Notes: generated by a model not told the origin, from the letters alone. Shown: positions 49,181 to 58,451, numbered from the stretch's first letter. The stretch: DNA of 64,000 nucleotides from a virus (IMGVR_UViG_3300025016_000004); one strand, 5' to 3'. Program-made: numbers and translations.

Positions 49181-49252
49181 GGACTTGTAGTTTAATTGGA
49201 AAAATCTGGCTTTCCTAAAGCTAAGACCTCAGTTCGACTCTGGGCGAGTTCA
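49181..49252 (+). tRNA. tRNA-Arg(CCT)
   Basis: TGGCT-TTCCTAA-AGCTA. Confidence 0.75.
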
Positions 49253-49308
49253 CAACTCTAGATTCAGGTTCGAAGCCTGATGGAGTCACTAATATTAACA
49301 AAGTTTTT

Positions 49309-49611
49309 ATGAAGAAAAAAATTTTCTATAGGGTGGGTAATATTACCACTAATCAGGGGTTATGGTATAATATAGATGGTGAGTTCACAGGTCTTATTCA
49401 TAAAGAATTTAATTTTTGTAGAAATAATCTATTACCGATGCCATTTGATGAAAACATTATTGGTTATTTATCGTGTACTGATACATTAGAAAATTTATTT
49501 GAATGGTTTCCAAAAGAGGATATCGTTAGATTAGAAGAACATGGGTATTATCTTAGGGTTTATGAGTCAAAAGATTATAAATTTTACAATAACCATTGGA
49601 TATTTAATTAA
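49309..49611 (+). CDS. Hypothetical protein
   Basis: FYRVGN...GLWYN. Confidence 0.55.
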   Translation: MKKKIFYRVGNITTNQGLWYNIDGEFTGLIHKEFNFCRNNLLPMPFDENIIGYLSCTDTLENLFEWFPKEDIVRLEEHGYYLRVYESKDYKFYNNHWIFN

Positions 49612-49671
49612 TATAATGCAAAACTAATAAAAACGATTCCAATGGAATTACTTAAAACAAATTAATGAAAT

Positions 49672-50010
49672 ATGTACGAATATAAAGCAAAAATAACATC
49701 AGTTTATGATGGTGATACAGTTACAGCTGAAATAGACTTAGGGTTTAATGTAAAGATAACTGAAAAAATTAGATTACTTAGAATCAACACACCAGAAATA
49801 CGTGGCGCAGAGCGTGAACTTGGTTTAATAACTAGAGATAGGCTTAGAGAATTAATTCTAGATAAGGATGTGGCGATTCACACAATTAAAGATAAACAAG
49901 GTAAATATGGTAGGTATTTGGGTGAGATATTTTTAAGTACTGATGTGGAAACTATAAACATTAATGATTTGCTAGTAACTGAAGGGTTAGCTGAATATAA
50001 AGAATATTAA
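49672..50010 (+). CDS. Staphylococcal-nuclease (SNase) family protein
   Basis: VYDGDT, IRLLRINTPE, GKYGRYLGEI. Confidence 0.88.
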   Translation: MYEYKAKITSVYDGDTVTAEIDLGFNVKITEKIRLLRINTPEIRGAERELGLITRDRLRELILDKDVAIHTIKDKQGKYGRYLGEIFLSTDVETININDLLVTEGLAEYKEY

Positions 50011-50048
50011 AACGTATGGTTGACCACAATACCTTAATTGTGGTAAAT

Positions 50049-50162
50049 GGCGGCATAGCCGAGGGGGTCTTTATAAAATAAATGCGGGTGTAGCCCCGTT
50101 GGTTTTCTAAACCGATAAGGGTAGCGGAGCTGAAAACGTGGGTTCGAATCCCACTGTCGTTA
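50049..50162 (+). tRNA. D-arm-permuted tRNA-Arg(TCT), with a second 5' half at 50049
   Basis: TA-GCCC-CG-[TTGGT TTTCTAA ACCGA]-TAA-GGGT-AGCGG; 3' acceptor pairs better with GGCGGCA at 50049. Confidence 0.5.
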
Positions 50163-50196
50163 CATATTTATTATTAAATAATTTACTTCCAAAAAT

Positions 50197-50324
50197 GGCG
50201 ATGTATTCCCCTAGTCTTCGAAACTAGAGAAGGATTTTAAAAATGGCGGTGTAACCGAGGTGGTCTTCGAAACCATTAAACGTAATTGGAGTTGTAAATA
50301 AGAGTTCGAATCTCTTGGCCGTCA
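50197..50324 (+). tRNA. D-arm-permuted tRNA-Arg(TCG) (50245-50324) preceded by a truncated copy (50197-50236)
   Basis: [GTGGT CTTCGAA ACCAT]-TAAA-CGT-AATTGG; [CTAGT CTTCGAA ACTAG]. Confidence 0.55.
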
Positions 50325-50374
50325 CAATAGTTATATCGAGTGCCTTAAACCGAATGTTAATCACAACTATTTAT

Positions 50375-50447
50375 GGCTCTATAGCATAGCGGATAATGCC
50401 ACTGGTTACGAACCAGTAGAGCGGGGGTTCGAATCCCTCTAGGGTCA
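50375..50447 (+). tRNA. tRNA-Arg(ACG)
   Basis: ACTGG-TTACGAA-CCAGT; 3' half duplicated at ~50456-50492. Confidence 0.88.
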
Positions 50448-50563
50448 CTACAATAAACCAGCAATGGGGTTCGAATCCCTCTAGAATCACTATGGCACAT
50501 TTATTGGTATATTATTACTACTATGAGAACACTTAGAGCACTTTTAGTAATATTATTACTACT

Positions 50564-51163
50564 ATGAAAACACTTAGAGCACTTTTAGTAATATTAACAA
50601 TTAGTATGATGACTTCATGTGCATCATTTCAATTGGCTACCGAACCAGTTAATGTAACCTATGGTTTTGGTTATTATGATTATAACGCAATTCATAGTTT
50701 ATATATAACAAACCCATATTATTTTTACGATAATTATTATTTCGACCAATATGGTGTTAGAAGGTATTATTACAATCACCCATATTTTGTGAGGTATTGT
50801 AATACAAGGAATTTTACCCCCAACCATCATTATTATATTAATAACTCACATAAAAAAGCTTATGTGAATAGTAGAAGAACAACCATTAATAGAGATATTC
50901 CCGTTAGAAGAGTAAATAATAACAACTCAGCTATTAGACAACAAAACTCAACAGTTAGAAGAAATACACCTATTAATAATAATTACACAACACGAAATAC
51001 TAATATTAACACAACACGAAATACTAATATTAACACAACACGAAATACTAATATTAGTACACCTACGAGAAACGCTGTTAATCGTAGTACAGCACCTAGG
51101 GCTAATATTCGTACAGCACCTACGGCTAGTAATCGTCCAACATCAGTCAGACGAAAAAATTAG
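50564..51163 (+). CDS. Lipoprotein with Tyr-rich core and N/R/T-rich repeat tail
   Basis: Lipobox MTSC; TTRNTNIN x3; 41-bp duplication of the start region at 50523. Confidence 0.7.
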   Translation: MKTLRALLVILTISMMTSCASFQLATEPVNVTYGFGYYDYNAIHSLYITNPYYFYDNYYFDQYGVRRYYYNHPYFVRYCNTRNFTPNHHYYINNSHKKAYVNSRRTTINRDIPVRRVNNNNSAIRQQNSTVRRNTPINNNYTTRNTNINTTRNTNINTTRNTNISTPTRNAVNRSTAPRANIRTAPTASNRPTSVRRKN

Positions 51164-51240
51164 TAAAAAAAATGAAGAACTACTTGGTAGTTCTTTTTTT
51201 TTGTCGTATATTTGCGGATAAGTCTATATTTATTAATATC

Positions 51241-51579
51241 ATGGATACAGCAATATTTAAAAAAATTAACGGAGTTATGGCGATATTATGTTCTAAATGT
51301 GGTAGGGTTGTTAAAACCGAGCCAGATTTTAACATAATAGAGAAGTATGCGTTAGAGGGAGAGATTACTTTATCTCCTGAATATTGCCCTAAGCATCAAT
51401 ATATTGATATGGTTGGGAACGACAAGAAAATGGAGAAACTTAGACTAGGAATTAAAGAAAAACTTAGAGAAGCTATTATGAAGAAAAATATATTAAATGT
51501 ACCAATAACTAGACCAAACCAAGAATTGATTATTATGAGAGGAATTCCAGGTTCTGGTGCTTCTGATAAAGAAGAGTAA
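51241..51579 (+). CDS. Hypothetical N-terminus fused to a truncated P-loop kinase start
   Basis: Ends ELIIMRGIPGSG-ASDKEE*. Confidence 0.6.
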   Translation: MDTAIFKKINGVMAILCSKCGRVVKTEPDFNIIEKYALEGEITLSPEYCPKHQYIDMVGNDKKMEKLRLGIKEKLREAIMKKNILNVPITRPNQELIIMRGIPGSGASDKEE

Positions 51580-51637
51580 TTTATTTTGAGGGAATTACGT
51601 GATTTTGGAATTATTAACATATTTATGATAAAAGAAT

Positions 51638-52483
51638 ATGGAAAAATATATTAGAAATTGCCCAAAATGTAACTCAGAAATCCATTATAGTACAAAATAT
51701 GTAAGAATTAACGCTGAAAAAAATAATAATGTTTGTAGAAGTTGTGCTTCATCTGGCGAAAATAATGCGATGTATGGTATGAAAGGTGATAAAAATCCTT
51801 TCTTTGGCCAAAAGCATAGTGAAGAAACAAAAAAGCGTCAATCTAAAATTAAAATTGGTAAGACTCATTCTGATAAAACTAAAGAAAAGTTATCTAAATT
51901 ATCAAAAGGTGTTAATAATGGTATGTATGGTAAATCATTTTATAATGTATGGGTTGATAAATTTGGTAAAAGTAAAGCTGATGATAAACTTAGTAAATAT
52001 AAAAATAAGCAAAGTTTATTAAATAGTGGTGAAAATAATAATATGTATGGTAAACCGTCACCTAAAGGTTCTGGTAATGGTTGGTCTGGTTGGTATAAAG
52101 GTTGGTTTTTTAGGTCGTTAAATGAATTAACTTTTATGGTTAATGTGATTGAAAGGTTTGGTTTTAGTTGGGAAAGTGGTGAGGAAAATAAATGGGTAGT
52201 TAAATATGTTGATTATAATGGTGTTGAAAAAACTTATTTTTCAGATTTTGTTCTTAACAATAAATATATGGTTGAAAGTAAACCTAAAAAATTGTGGAAT
52301 TCTGATAGTGTAATTAGAAAAAAAAATGGAGCAATCGAGTTTTGTAAAAAAAACAACTTAAAATATAAAATGGTTGATATTGGGAGATTAAAATTTAATC
52401 AAATTGAAAAATTATATAATAATGGTGATTTGAAATTTTTAGAAAGATATGAATTAAAATATAAGGAATGGATAAAAAAATAA
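51638..52483 (+). CDS. Homing endonuclease (Zn ribbon, NUMOD3-like, TnsA-like PD-(D/E)xK)
   Basis: CPKC...CRSC, KHSEETK, FRSLNE, YFSDFVL, VESKP. Confidence 0.75.
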   Translation: MEKYIRNCPKCNSEIHYSTKYVRINAEKNNNVCRSCASSGENNAMYGMKGDKNPFFGQKHSEETKKRQSKIKIGKTHSDKTKEKLSKLSKGVNNGMYGKSFYNVWVDKFGKSKADDKLSKYKNKQSLLNSGENNNMYGKPSPKGSGNGWSGWYKGWFFRSLNELTFMVNVIERFGFSWESGEENKWVVKYVDYNGVEKTYFSDFVLNNKYMVESKPKKLWNSDSVIRKKNGAIEFCKKNNLKYKMVDIGRLKFNQIEKLYNNGDLKFLERYELKYKEWIKK

Positions 52484-52491
52484 AAATAAAA

Positions 52492-53060
52492 ATGAAACTT
52501 TTAGAAAGTCTAAAAGGGTATAATTGTTTAGGTGTAAAAATTTCTCGCCCCTCTCAGGTATTGATTATCATGAGAGGGGTACCGTGACAGGTTCTGGTAA
52601 ATCAACGAAAGCAAAAACATTGGTTGGTGAAGGTGTTGTTCATTCAACAGATGATTTAATTGACGCAACTGGTGACTATAATGGTTACTTTAAAAAAATG
52701 GTAGATTCAGGTGATTGGTCTGAACATGGTAGGATGCATAATAAGAATTTCTTAAATGCTAAAAAATCTATGGAATCTGGTATTACACCAGTTATCGACA
52801 ACACTAATCTAAGATTAAGGGAAGTTGAAAATTATATTATTGAAGCTCTTGAATTAGGTTTTGATGAAAACAATATTAAAATTGTAGATGTAGGTTTGGG
52901 TGGCCAAACTGCCGAAGTATTGGCAGAACGTAATTCACATAACGTACCGTTAAAAACAATTCAAAAAATGATACAAACTTATAATTCAGTAGGTGAGATA
53001 ACTGTATCTAGGGTTGTTGAAAACTATTTAAATAAACAAAAGAAAAGGGCTAATAATTAG
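52492..53060 (+). pseudogene. Polynucleotide-kinase-like (AAA_33/N4BP2-type) gene with a 5-bp insertion in Walker A
   Basis: MKLLES...LIIMRGVP[gtgac]GSGKST...HSTDD...VIDNTN...RNSHNVP. Confidence 0.7.
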
Positions 53061-53751
53061 CCCTTTTTTCGTTTCTATTAACATAACTACACAATGGTTG
53101 AAAATTTGTATAATGATTTAATTTAATTATATCTTCTTTACATGTTGCTGAGGCAAGTGGTATGATATGGTCTAAATCCCAACCAAAATTATATTGATAA
53201 TTATATAAACCATGATTATCCCAATTCATCCACGGTTCCCATTGAGATTCGATATGTTTTTTAAATTCTTTATAAGTACACCCCAATATTTCATGACTCC
53301 TAGATTTTTTATCATAACCACCCCTTTTAATCGATTGTCTAATTATACCACCTACAGTGTGTTTTAATTTATAAATGATGTCAGTCTTTCTCTTATATTT
53401 AATTTGTTCATAAATAGTATCTTTATTTTTATAATAATACTTTTTACGCATCTTTTTATACTTTTCACGATTATCTTTATAAAACTTCTTGGAATATTTT
53501 AAACGTTCTTCTTTATTATCTTCATAATAATTAGAAATATAAGTGGTGCGCTTTTCCTTATTTTCTTTAACCCAATTCTGAACCCTAATTTTATTAACTT
53601 TTTTAACTTCAGGATTAGCCCTATATTTTTTACCAGCAATAGATATACACCCCTTACATTGTGATTTTAAACCACTTTTAATTCTAGAACATTTACTAAA
53701 TTCTTTTACAGGTTTATAGACACCACATTTACTACAAATCTTAGTTTCCAT
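53050..53751 (-). CDS. HNH-like endonuclease with Zn ribbon
   Basis: CSKCG...CKGC, WDLDHIIP, NHYTNFQPLC. Confidence 0.75.
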   Translation of the reverse strand: METKICSKCGVYKPVKEFSKCSRIKSGLKSQCKGCISIAGKKYRANPEVKKVNKIRVQNWVKENKEKRTTYISNYYEDNKEERLKYSKKFYKDNREKYKKMRKKYYYKNKDTIYEQIKYKRKTDIIYKLKHTVGGIIRQSIKRGGYDKKSRSHEILGCTYKEFKKHIESQWEPWMNWDNHGLYNYQYNFGWDLDHIIPLASATCKEDIIKLNHYTNFQPLCSYVNRNEKRANY

Positions 53752-53902
53752 GATTAATGGTATTAAAATGTTGGTCTAATAACCAATTGATTAATTTAGA
53801 CTTATTGATTCCGTCATCAACTAATTGTTGGTAGTTGTCTGATGATATGGTAATGGATAACTTACCTTTCTTGTTTTCTTCTTTATATGCTTTTCTTCCC
53901 AT
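53741..53902 (-). CDS. Ribbon-helix-helix-like small protein (53 aa)
   Basis: KLSITIS...INKSKLINWLL. Confidence 0.55.
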   Translation of the reverse strand: MGRKAYKEENKKGKLSITISSDNYQQLVDDGINKSKLINWLLDQHFNTINHGN

Positions 53903-53966
53903 AATACTTATTTGTTTATATTAATAAATATCTAGAAATAAAGTAAAAGTCGCCTAAATACGAATT

Positions 53967-54101
53967 TTATTTAGATTTATTTTTGAAGTGTTCGGTAAGT
54001 AGTGAATCAATTAATTTAGATTTATTGTAATTACCTTCATCTAATTTATTAAGAAGGTTTTTATCTAAAGCTACCGATATTTTAGTTTTCTCATGTTTCA
54101 T
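53967..54101 (-). CDS. Ribbon-helix-helix-like small protein (44 aa)
   Basis: KISVALD...YNKSKLIDSLL. Confidence 0.55.
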   Translation of the reverse strand: MKHEKTKISVALDKNLLNKLDEGNYNKSKLIDSLLTEHFKNKSK

Positions 54102-54223
54102 ATTGGTAAATATAAGTAAAATGGTTAATAAAGTCAATAATTAATTTGTTTATTAGGTATAAATTCAGTATTTTTGTATTAAATTAATAAAAATAAAGGA
54201 TAATATAAATATATTTATATTTT

Positions 54224-54886
54224 ATGAAACTGAGAAAAATATACGATGATATGATTAATGAAGATAATACAAATATCAAAGCTTCTGAGCCTAAAAAATA
54301 CGTAGAAGCTGCATTAAAATTAGGTTTTGATGAGAATAATATAAAAATTATTGATGTTGGTGATGGTGGAGTTTCTGCTGAAGATTTGGCTAAAAGAAAT
54401 ACACATAACGTACCATTGAAAACAATTCAAAGAATGATGGCATCACATAAAGGTGTTGGCCTATTAACTGTAGATAAGATATTACAATCAGAAGGCGGTT
54501 TAAAAAACAATAAACCTGAAAAGATTTTATATGCGGCAGTAGTTTTAGATAATGAATCTAAAAATAAATTATTAAATTCTTTAGAAATCCCAGAAGGGTG
54601 GAAAGCTTTTGCGCATCATATGACAATAGTTTTTGGTAAAGGATTGGATGATAAAAATGAAGTTGGTAGAACGGTTTATTTAAAAGCAACTGAAGTTGGT
54701 TATAGTAATTTAGCTATGGCTGTTAAGGTTATTGGCTATCCATCAACCAATGACATACCACACATAACAGTAGCGGTAAATGTTGCGGAAGGTGGTAAAC
54801 CGTTTCTTTCAAATAAGATAACTGATTGGAAAACTCTTGATAGTCCAATTCATTTAAGTGGGGTAGTTGAAGAATTAAAGTCATAA
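54224..54886 (+). CDS. 2H phosphoesterase preceded by a kinase C-terminal remnant
   Basis: AHHMTI and PHITV motifs; LGFDENNIK...RNTHNVPLKTI duplicates the 52492 gene. Confidence 0.8.
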   Translation: MKLRKIYDDMINEDNTNIKASEPKKYVEAALKLGFDENNIKIIDVGDGGVSAEDLAKRNTHNVPLKTIQRMMASHKGVGLLTVDKILQSEGGLKNNKPEKILYAAVVLDNESKNKLLNSLEIPEGWKAFAHHMTIVFGKGLDDKNEVGRTVYLKATEVGYSNLAMAVKVIGYPSTNDIPHITVAVNVAEGGKPFLSNKITDWKTLDSPIHLSGVVEELKS

Positions 54887-54931
54887 CTTGTTTATTTGTA
54901 ATTTATTTAGTATATTTGTAACTAACATTTA

Positions 54932-56291
54932 GTGAACTACCCACCCACGCCAGAGGCGATGGGTTGGGCTTCTGATTTCACAGACTTGTGCTTCTTTATA
55001 GAAGTCTTATTTGAGTCTCCATCAGTGTTATCGAGCATCCCACCCGATATTATTTTTAAACCTTCTTTGAGAATATTTCTACTTGCATTTACATCTCTGT
55101 CGTGTATTACACCGCACGAGTTACAAGTCCATTCTCTATCAGAAAGTTTTAAATTTTGATTTATCCAACCACAGTCTCCACAAGTCTTCGAGCTAGGATA
55201 GAAACGATTAACTTTTACAAGTTCTTTTCCATACCAATCACACTTATATTGAAGTAATGTAACAAAATTACCCCAACTTGCATCGGCAATATGTTTTGAT
55301 AATTTGTGGTTTTTAATCATACCTTTTACATTTAAGTCCTCAACTGATATTAAATCATATTGATTAACCAGTTTATGTGAAACCTTATGTAAAGTGTCTA
55401 ATCTACAACTTGCAATTTTCTCGTGAATTTTAGCAACTTTGAGTTTTTGTTTTTCAAACCCATTACTACCTTTTTGTTTACGAGAAAGATGTTGTTGTGC
55501 TTTTTTTAATTGTTTTGCATATTTTTTTGTATATCTATTATTTTTGAATTTAGCATTATCAGAAGTAATTACAAAATCCTTTAAACCTAAATCTATTCCA
55601 ACTTGTTTATTTGTTTTAGGTAATTCTTTATTCTGTTGTTCTGTAAATATTGAAACATAATATTTACCTGTTGGTGTTTTGGTAATTATCATTTTACCAA
55701 TCTTACCTTTGACTTCTCTGTGAAGTTTAACTTTAATACCTTCTTTAAATTTTGGTATATTAATTTTATCTCCTTCTATACTACCAAATTGAGGTATGGT
55801 AAAAGTATTTTTATGTTTACGAGATTTAAACTTTGGGAATTGTGCATTACCTCTAAAAAAGTTTAAAAAAGCTGTATCTAAAGAGCGTAGAGCGAATTGT
55901 AAAGTTTGACTATTAACTTCTTTCAACCACATAGTCTTTTCTTCTTTTTTAAGTTTTGTCAAAGTGGCAGCTTGTTTGTAATAATTGTCAGACTTTTTAT
56001 CCGCTTGGTATTGTTCTTTGCGTTCATTTAGAAAATGGTTATACACCCAACGAGAGTGACCAAAGTGTTGATTTAATAGCACTTCTTGCTCATTTGTTGG
56101 AAAAAGACGAAACTTATATGTCTTATTAATCATTTTCATACCTATTATACATCAAAATTTATGCCAAAATATAGTTTTATGTAAATTTGTCATACTTAGC
56201 CGTTCAATATATTTTAAGCCAAGGTTAATCATACCTTTGTCGCTTACATCCCATCCACGCTTTGCGATGAATGGGTTTTACGCTCCTTTTT
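54932..56291 (-). mobile_element. Non-autonomous IS200/IS605 (IS1341-like) element
   Basis: Subterminal hairpins, right end ...GGGTAGTTCAC, TTTAT immediately 5' of the left end, no tnpA. Confidence 0.85.
54937..56139 (-). CDS. tnpB: TnpB RNA-guided nuclease
   Basis: YKFRLFP, GIDLG, VEDLNV, CGDCG/CNSCG, DRDVNA. Confidence 0.93.
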   Translation of the reverse strand: MKMINKTYKFRLFPTNEQEVLLNQHFGHSRWVYNHFLNERKEQYQADKKSDNYYKQAATLTKLKKEEKTMWLKEVNSQTLQFALRSLDTAFLNFFRGNAQFPKFKSRKHKNTFTIPQFGSIEGDKINIPKFKEGIKVKLHREVKGKIGKMIITKTPTGKYYVSIFTEQQNKELPKTNKQVGIDLGLKDFVITSDNAKFKNNRYTKKYAKQLKKAQQHLSRKQKGSNGFEKQKLKVAKIHEKIASCRLDTLHKVSHKLVNQYDLISVEDLNVKGMIKNHKLSKHIADASWGNFVTLLQYKCDWYGKELVKVNRFYPSSKTCGDCGWINQNLKLSDREWTCNSCGVIHDRDVNASRNILKEGLKIISGGMLDNTDGDSNKTSIKKHKSVKSEAQPIASGVGG

Positions 56292-56369
56292 ATAAAGTTA
56301 TTTGAAAAAAAATAAAGTAATTGGATTTATTCAAGAAATTCAAAATATTTATAAATAAATTATAAAAAT

Positions 56370-56879
56370 ATGAATTTAGAAAGATTATTAAACAGATTAT
56401 TTAAATACGATTTATCCGCAGCGTTAGCTTGTATTTTATTACCTTTTGTATTATGGATAGGTGATGGCCCTAGAAGTAGTATTAGTGATTACGCATATGG
56501 TGACATTAGCTTCATATATGTTTTTTTATTAACAGTAGCTGCAACACTTATAACAACAATTGGAGTTAGAAAGGACCAAACGTTCACTTGGATATTAGGG
56601 TTGAATTTAATGTTAATTCCATTAACACCACATTTAACCTACCCAACCTTACATACGATAACTTCTGTTATATTTTTTGGTGGTATGTCATATCATATTA
56701 TTAGATATAGTGATGAATTTAAGAGTTTTAGGTGGTTTTTAGTTGGCGCAATGGTATTAGGATTTGTTTTACATTATTTAATTAATATAATTTCCTTATT
56801 TGCGGCAGAATCAATAGCTATGGTTATTTTTGGGGTTAACTTTTTGGTAGATTTAATCGAAAATAAAAATGAATTATAA
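56370..56879 (+). CDS. Multi-TM membrane protein
   Basis: About 5 hydrophobic segments, SISDY. Confidence 0.6.
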   Translation: MNLERLLNRLFKYDLSAALACILLPFVLWIGDGPRSSISDYAYGDISFIYVFLLTVAATLITTIGVRKDQTFTWILGLNLMLIPLTPHLTYPTLHTITSVIFFGGMSYHIIRYSDEFKSFRWFLVGAMVLGFVLHYLINIISLFAAESIAMVIFGVNFLVDLIENKNEL

Positions 56880-56954
56880 CTAAAAAACTATAGTTTTATA
56901 AATAAAAAGTGATAATAATTTGGTTATCACTTTTTTTTTTGTACATTTGCATTA

Positions 56955-57477
56955 TGAATTTCTAAAAACTCTAATGGTTATAATGTAGCAAAAGGTGGGG
57001 ATGGTGGTGATACAATATCTAATCATCCAGATATTGAACTTATTAAAGAGAACGTTTTCTAAATTTCATTCAGGTAAAGTTTTATCTGATGAACATAAAC
57101 AGAAAATTAGTGATGCTCATAAAGGAATGAAAAAACCTTGGACTAAAAAAACAGCTAAGATGATGGCTGAAGGTAATATAGGTAAAGAATCTCCATTAAA
57201 GGGCACTACTTTAACTGAAGAGCATAAACAGAAAATTAGTGAAGGTAATAAAGGACAGAAAAAAGTTTTTACCGAAGAACATAAAAAAAATATTGGTAAA
57301 GCAAATAAAGGGAAACATTCACAATTAAAAGGTAAATCTTACGAAGAAATTTATGGTGTGGAGAAAGCACGAGAAATGAAATTAAAGCAGAGTAAGAAAA
57401 GAAAGAATAGAGTTGTTAGTGAGGAAACTAAAAAGAAGATTTCTGAATCAATGAAAAAAAGAAAAAATGGGAAATGA
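56955..57477 (+). pseudogene. Remnant GIY-YIG endonuclease retaining NUMOD3 repeats
   Basis: GYNVAKGGDGG in an adjacent frame, then EEHKQKIS repeats. Confidence 0.6.
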
Positions 57478-58057
57478 ATTAAGTATAGTTAAGTACATTA
57501 AAGAGTATGGCTTGGATAATGCAGTTAATACATTTAAATTAACTTGTAAGGATTATGGATACAAGATTTTACTCAAATACAATCAAATAGAATCTGACAT
57601 GTCTTTACCTGAAGTACAAGATTGTAGAGGTCTTATACTTGAGAAAGATACTTGGAAGGTTATGTCTTTGGCATTCAGAAAATTCTTTAATTCAGCTGAA
57701 ACACATGCGGCTAAAATAGATTGGAACACAGCACTTATTTTAGAAAAATGTGATGGGTGTTGTCACGGGGATACCATATTGATAACTGAGGGTGGTGAAA
57801 TGACAATTCGTGATATATGTGAAACGGAATATTCTGGTAAAGTTTTATCATTTGATTTAGAAACTAATGAGCCAATATATGATGAAATAGTGGATTATTC
57901 AATTAAAAAGAATATTAATAATTGGTTTGAGATTGAATTAGAAAATGGTACTATTATTAAGTTAACTGGTAATCATAAAGTATGGTTACCTAATTTAGAG
58001 TGCTATCGTAGGGTTGATGAATTAACCGAAGATGATGAATTCTTACTAATTACTTAA
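57467..58057 (+). CDS. Rnl1-type RNA ligase N-terminal part + 99-aa N-intein
   Basis: DCRGLIL, KFFN, EKCDG|CCHGDT (57758), LTGNHKV. Confidence 0.88.
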   Translation: MGNELSIVKYIKEYGLDNAVNTFKLTCKDYGYKILLKYNQIESDMSLPEVQDCRGLILEKDTWKVMSLAFRKFFNSAETHAAKIDWNTALILEKCDGCCHGDTILITEGGEMTIRDICETEYSGKVLSFDLETNEPIYDEIVDYSIKKNINNWFEIELENGTIIKLTGNHKVWLPNLECYRRVDELTEDDEFLLIT

Positions 58058-58156
58058 AAAACTTGACACCTATCAAACTTTTCTAATAGTATAAATATTA
58101 GTAATGGATTAAAAGAGGTTTGGTCTAATTTATCTGATGATGAATTTAATAAAAGA

Positions 58157-58369
58157 ATGATTAGATTACATAAAAATTTTGTATCGAAATTAGAGGTTAG
58201 AGTTAGGAATATATTAACTAATTTGAACATATCATTCACGCCACAATTTCCATTAAATAATCGAACATATGATATTAAAATTGATAATACTAATATATTG
58301 ATTGAAGTTAATGGTGATTTTTGGTATGCCAACCCATCGCCTTTGGCGTGGGTGGGTAGTTCACAGTAG
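58157..58369 (+). pseudogene. Truncated Vsr-like homing endonuclease
   Basis: YDIKI...IEVNGDFWYANP then an IS right end. Confidence 0.7.
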
Positions 58370-58391
58370 GGGGTGTAAAAGCCATTCATCG
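58328..58391 (+). mobile_element. IS right end followed by a left-end-like sequence
   Basis: ccaacccatcgcctttggcgtgggtgggtagttcac-agtagggggtgtaaaagccattcatcg. Confidence 0.75.
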
Positions 58392-58451
58392 TTATTTGTA
58401 GGGCCGCTGTGAGTTAGTGGGGAGTCTAACAAGTATAATAAATAATAGAAT

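Noticed and set aside
49253-49292. Second amber tRNA (ctctaga...caggttcgaagcctg)
   Set aside because: Only a T-arm/acceptor 3' remnant; no 5' half
51560-52590. Intron or intein splitting the kinase Walker A
   Set aside because: The downstream copy has its own ATG and repeats the N-terminal strand, so this is duplication/replacement rather than splicing
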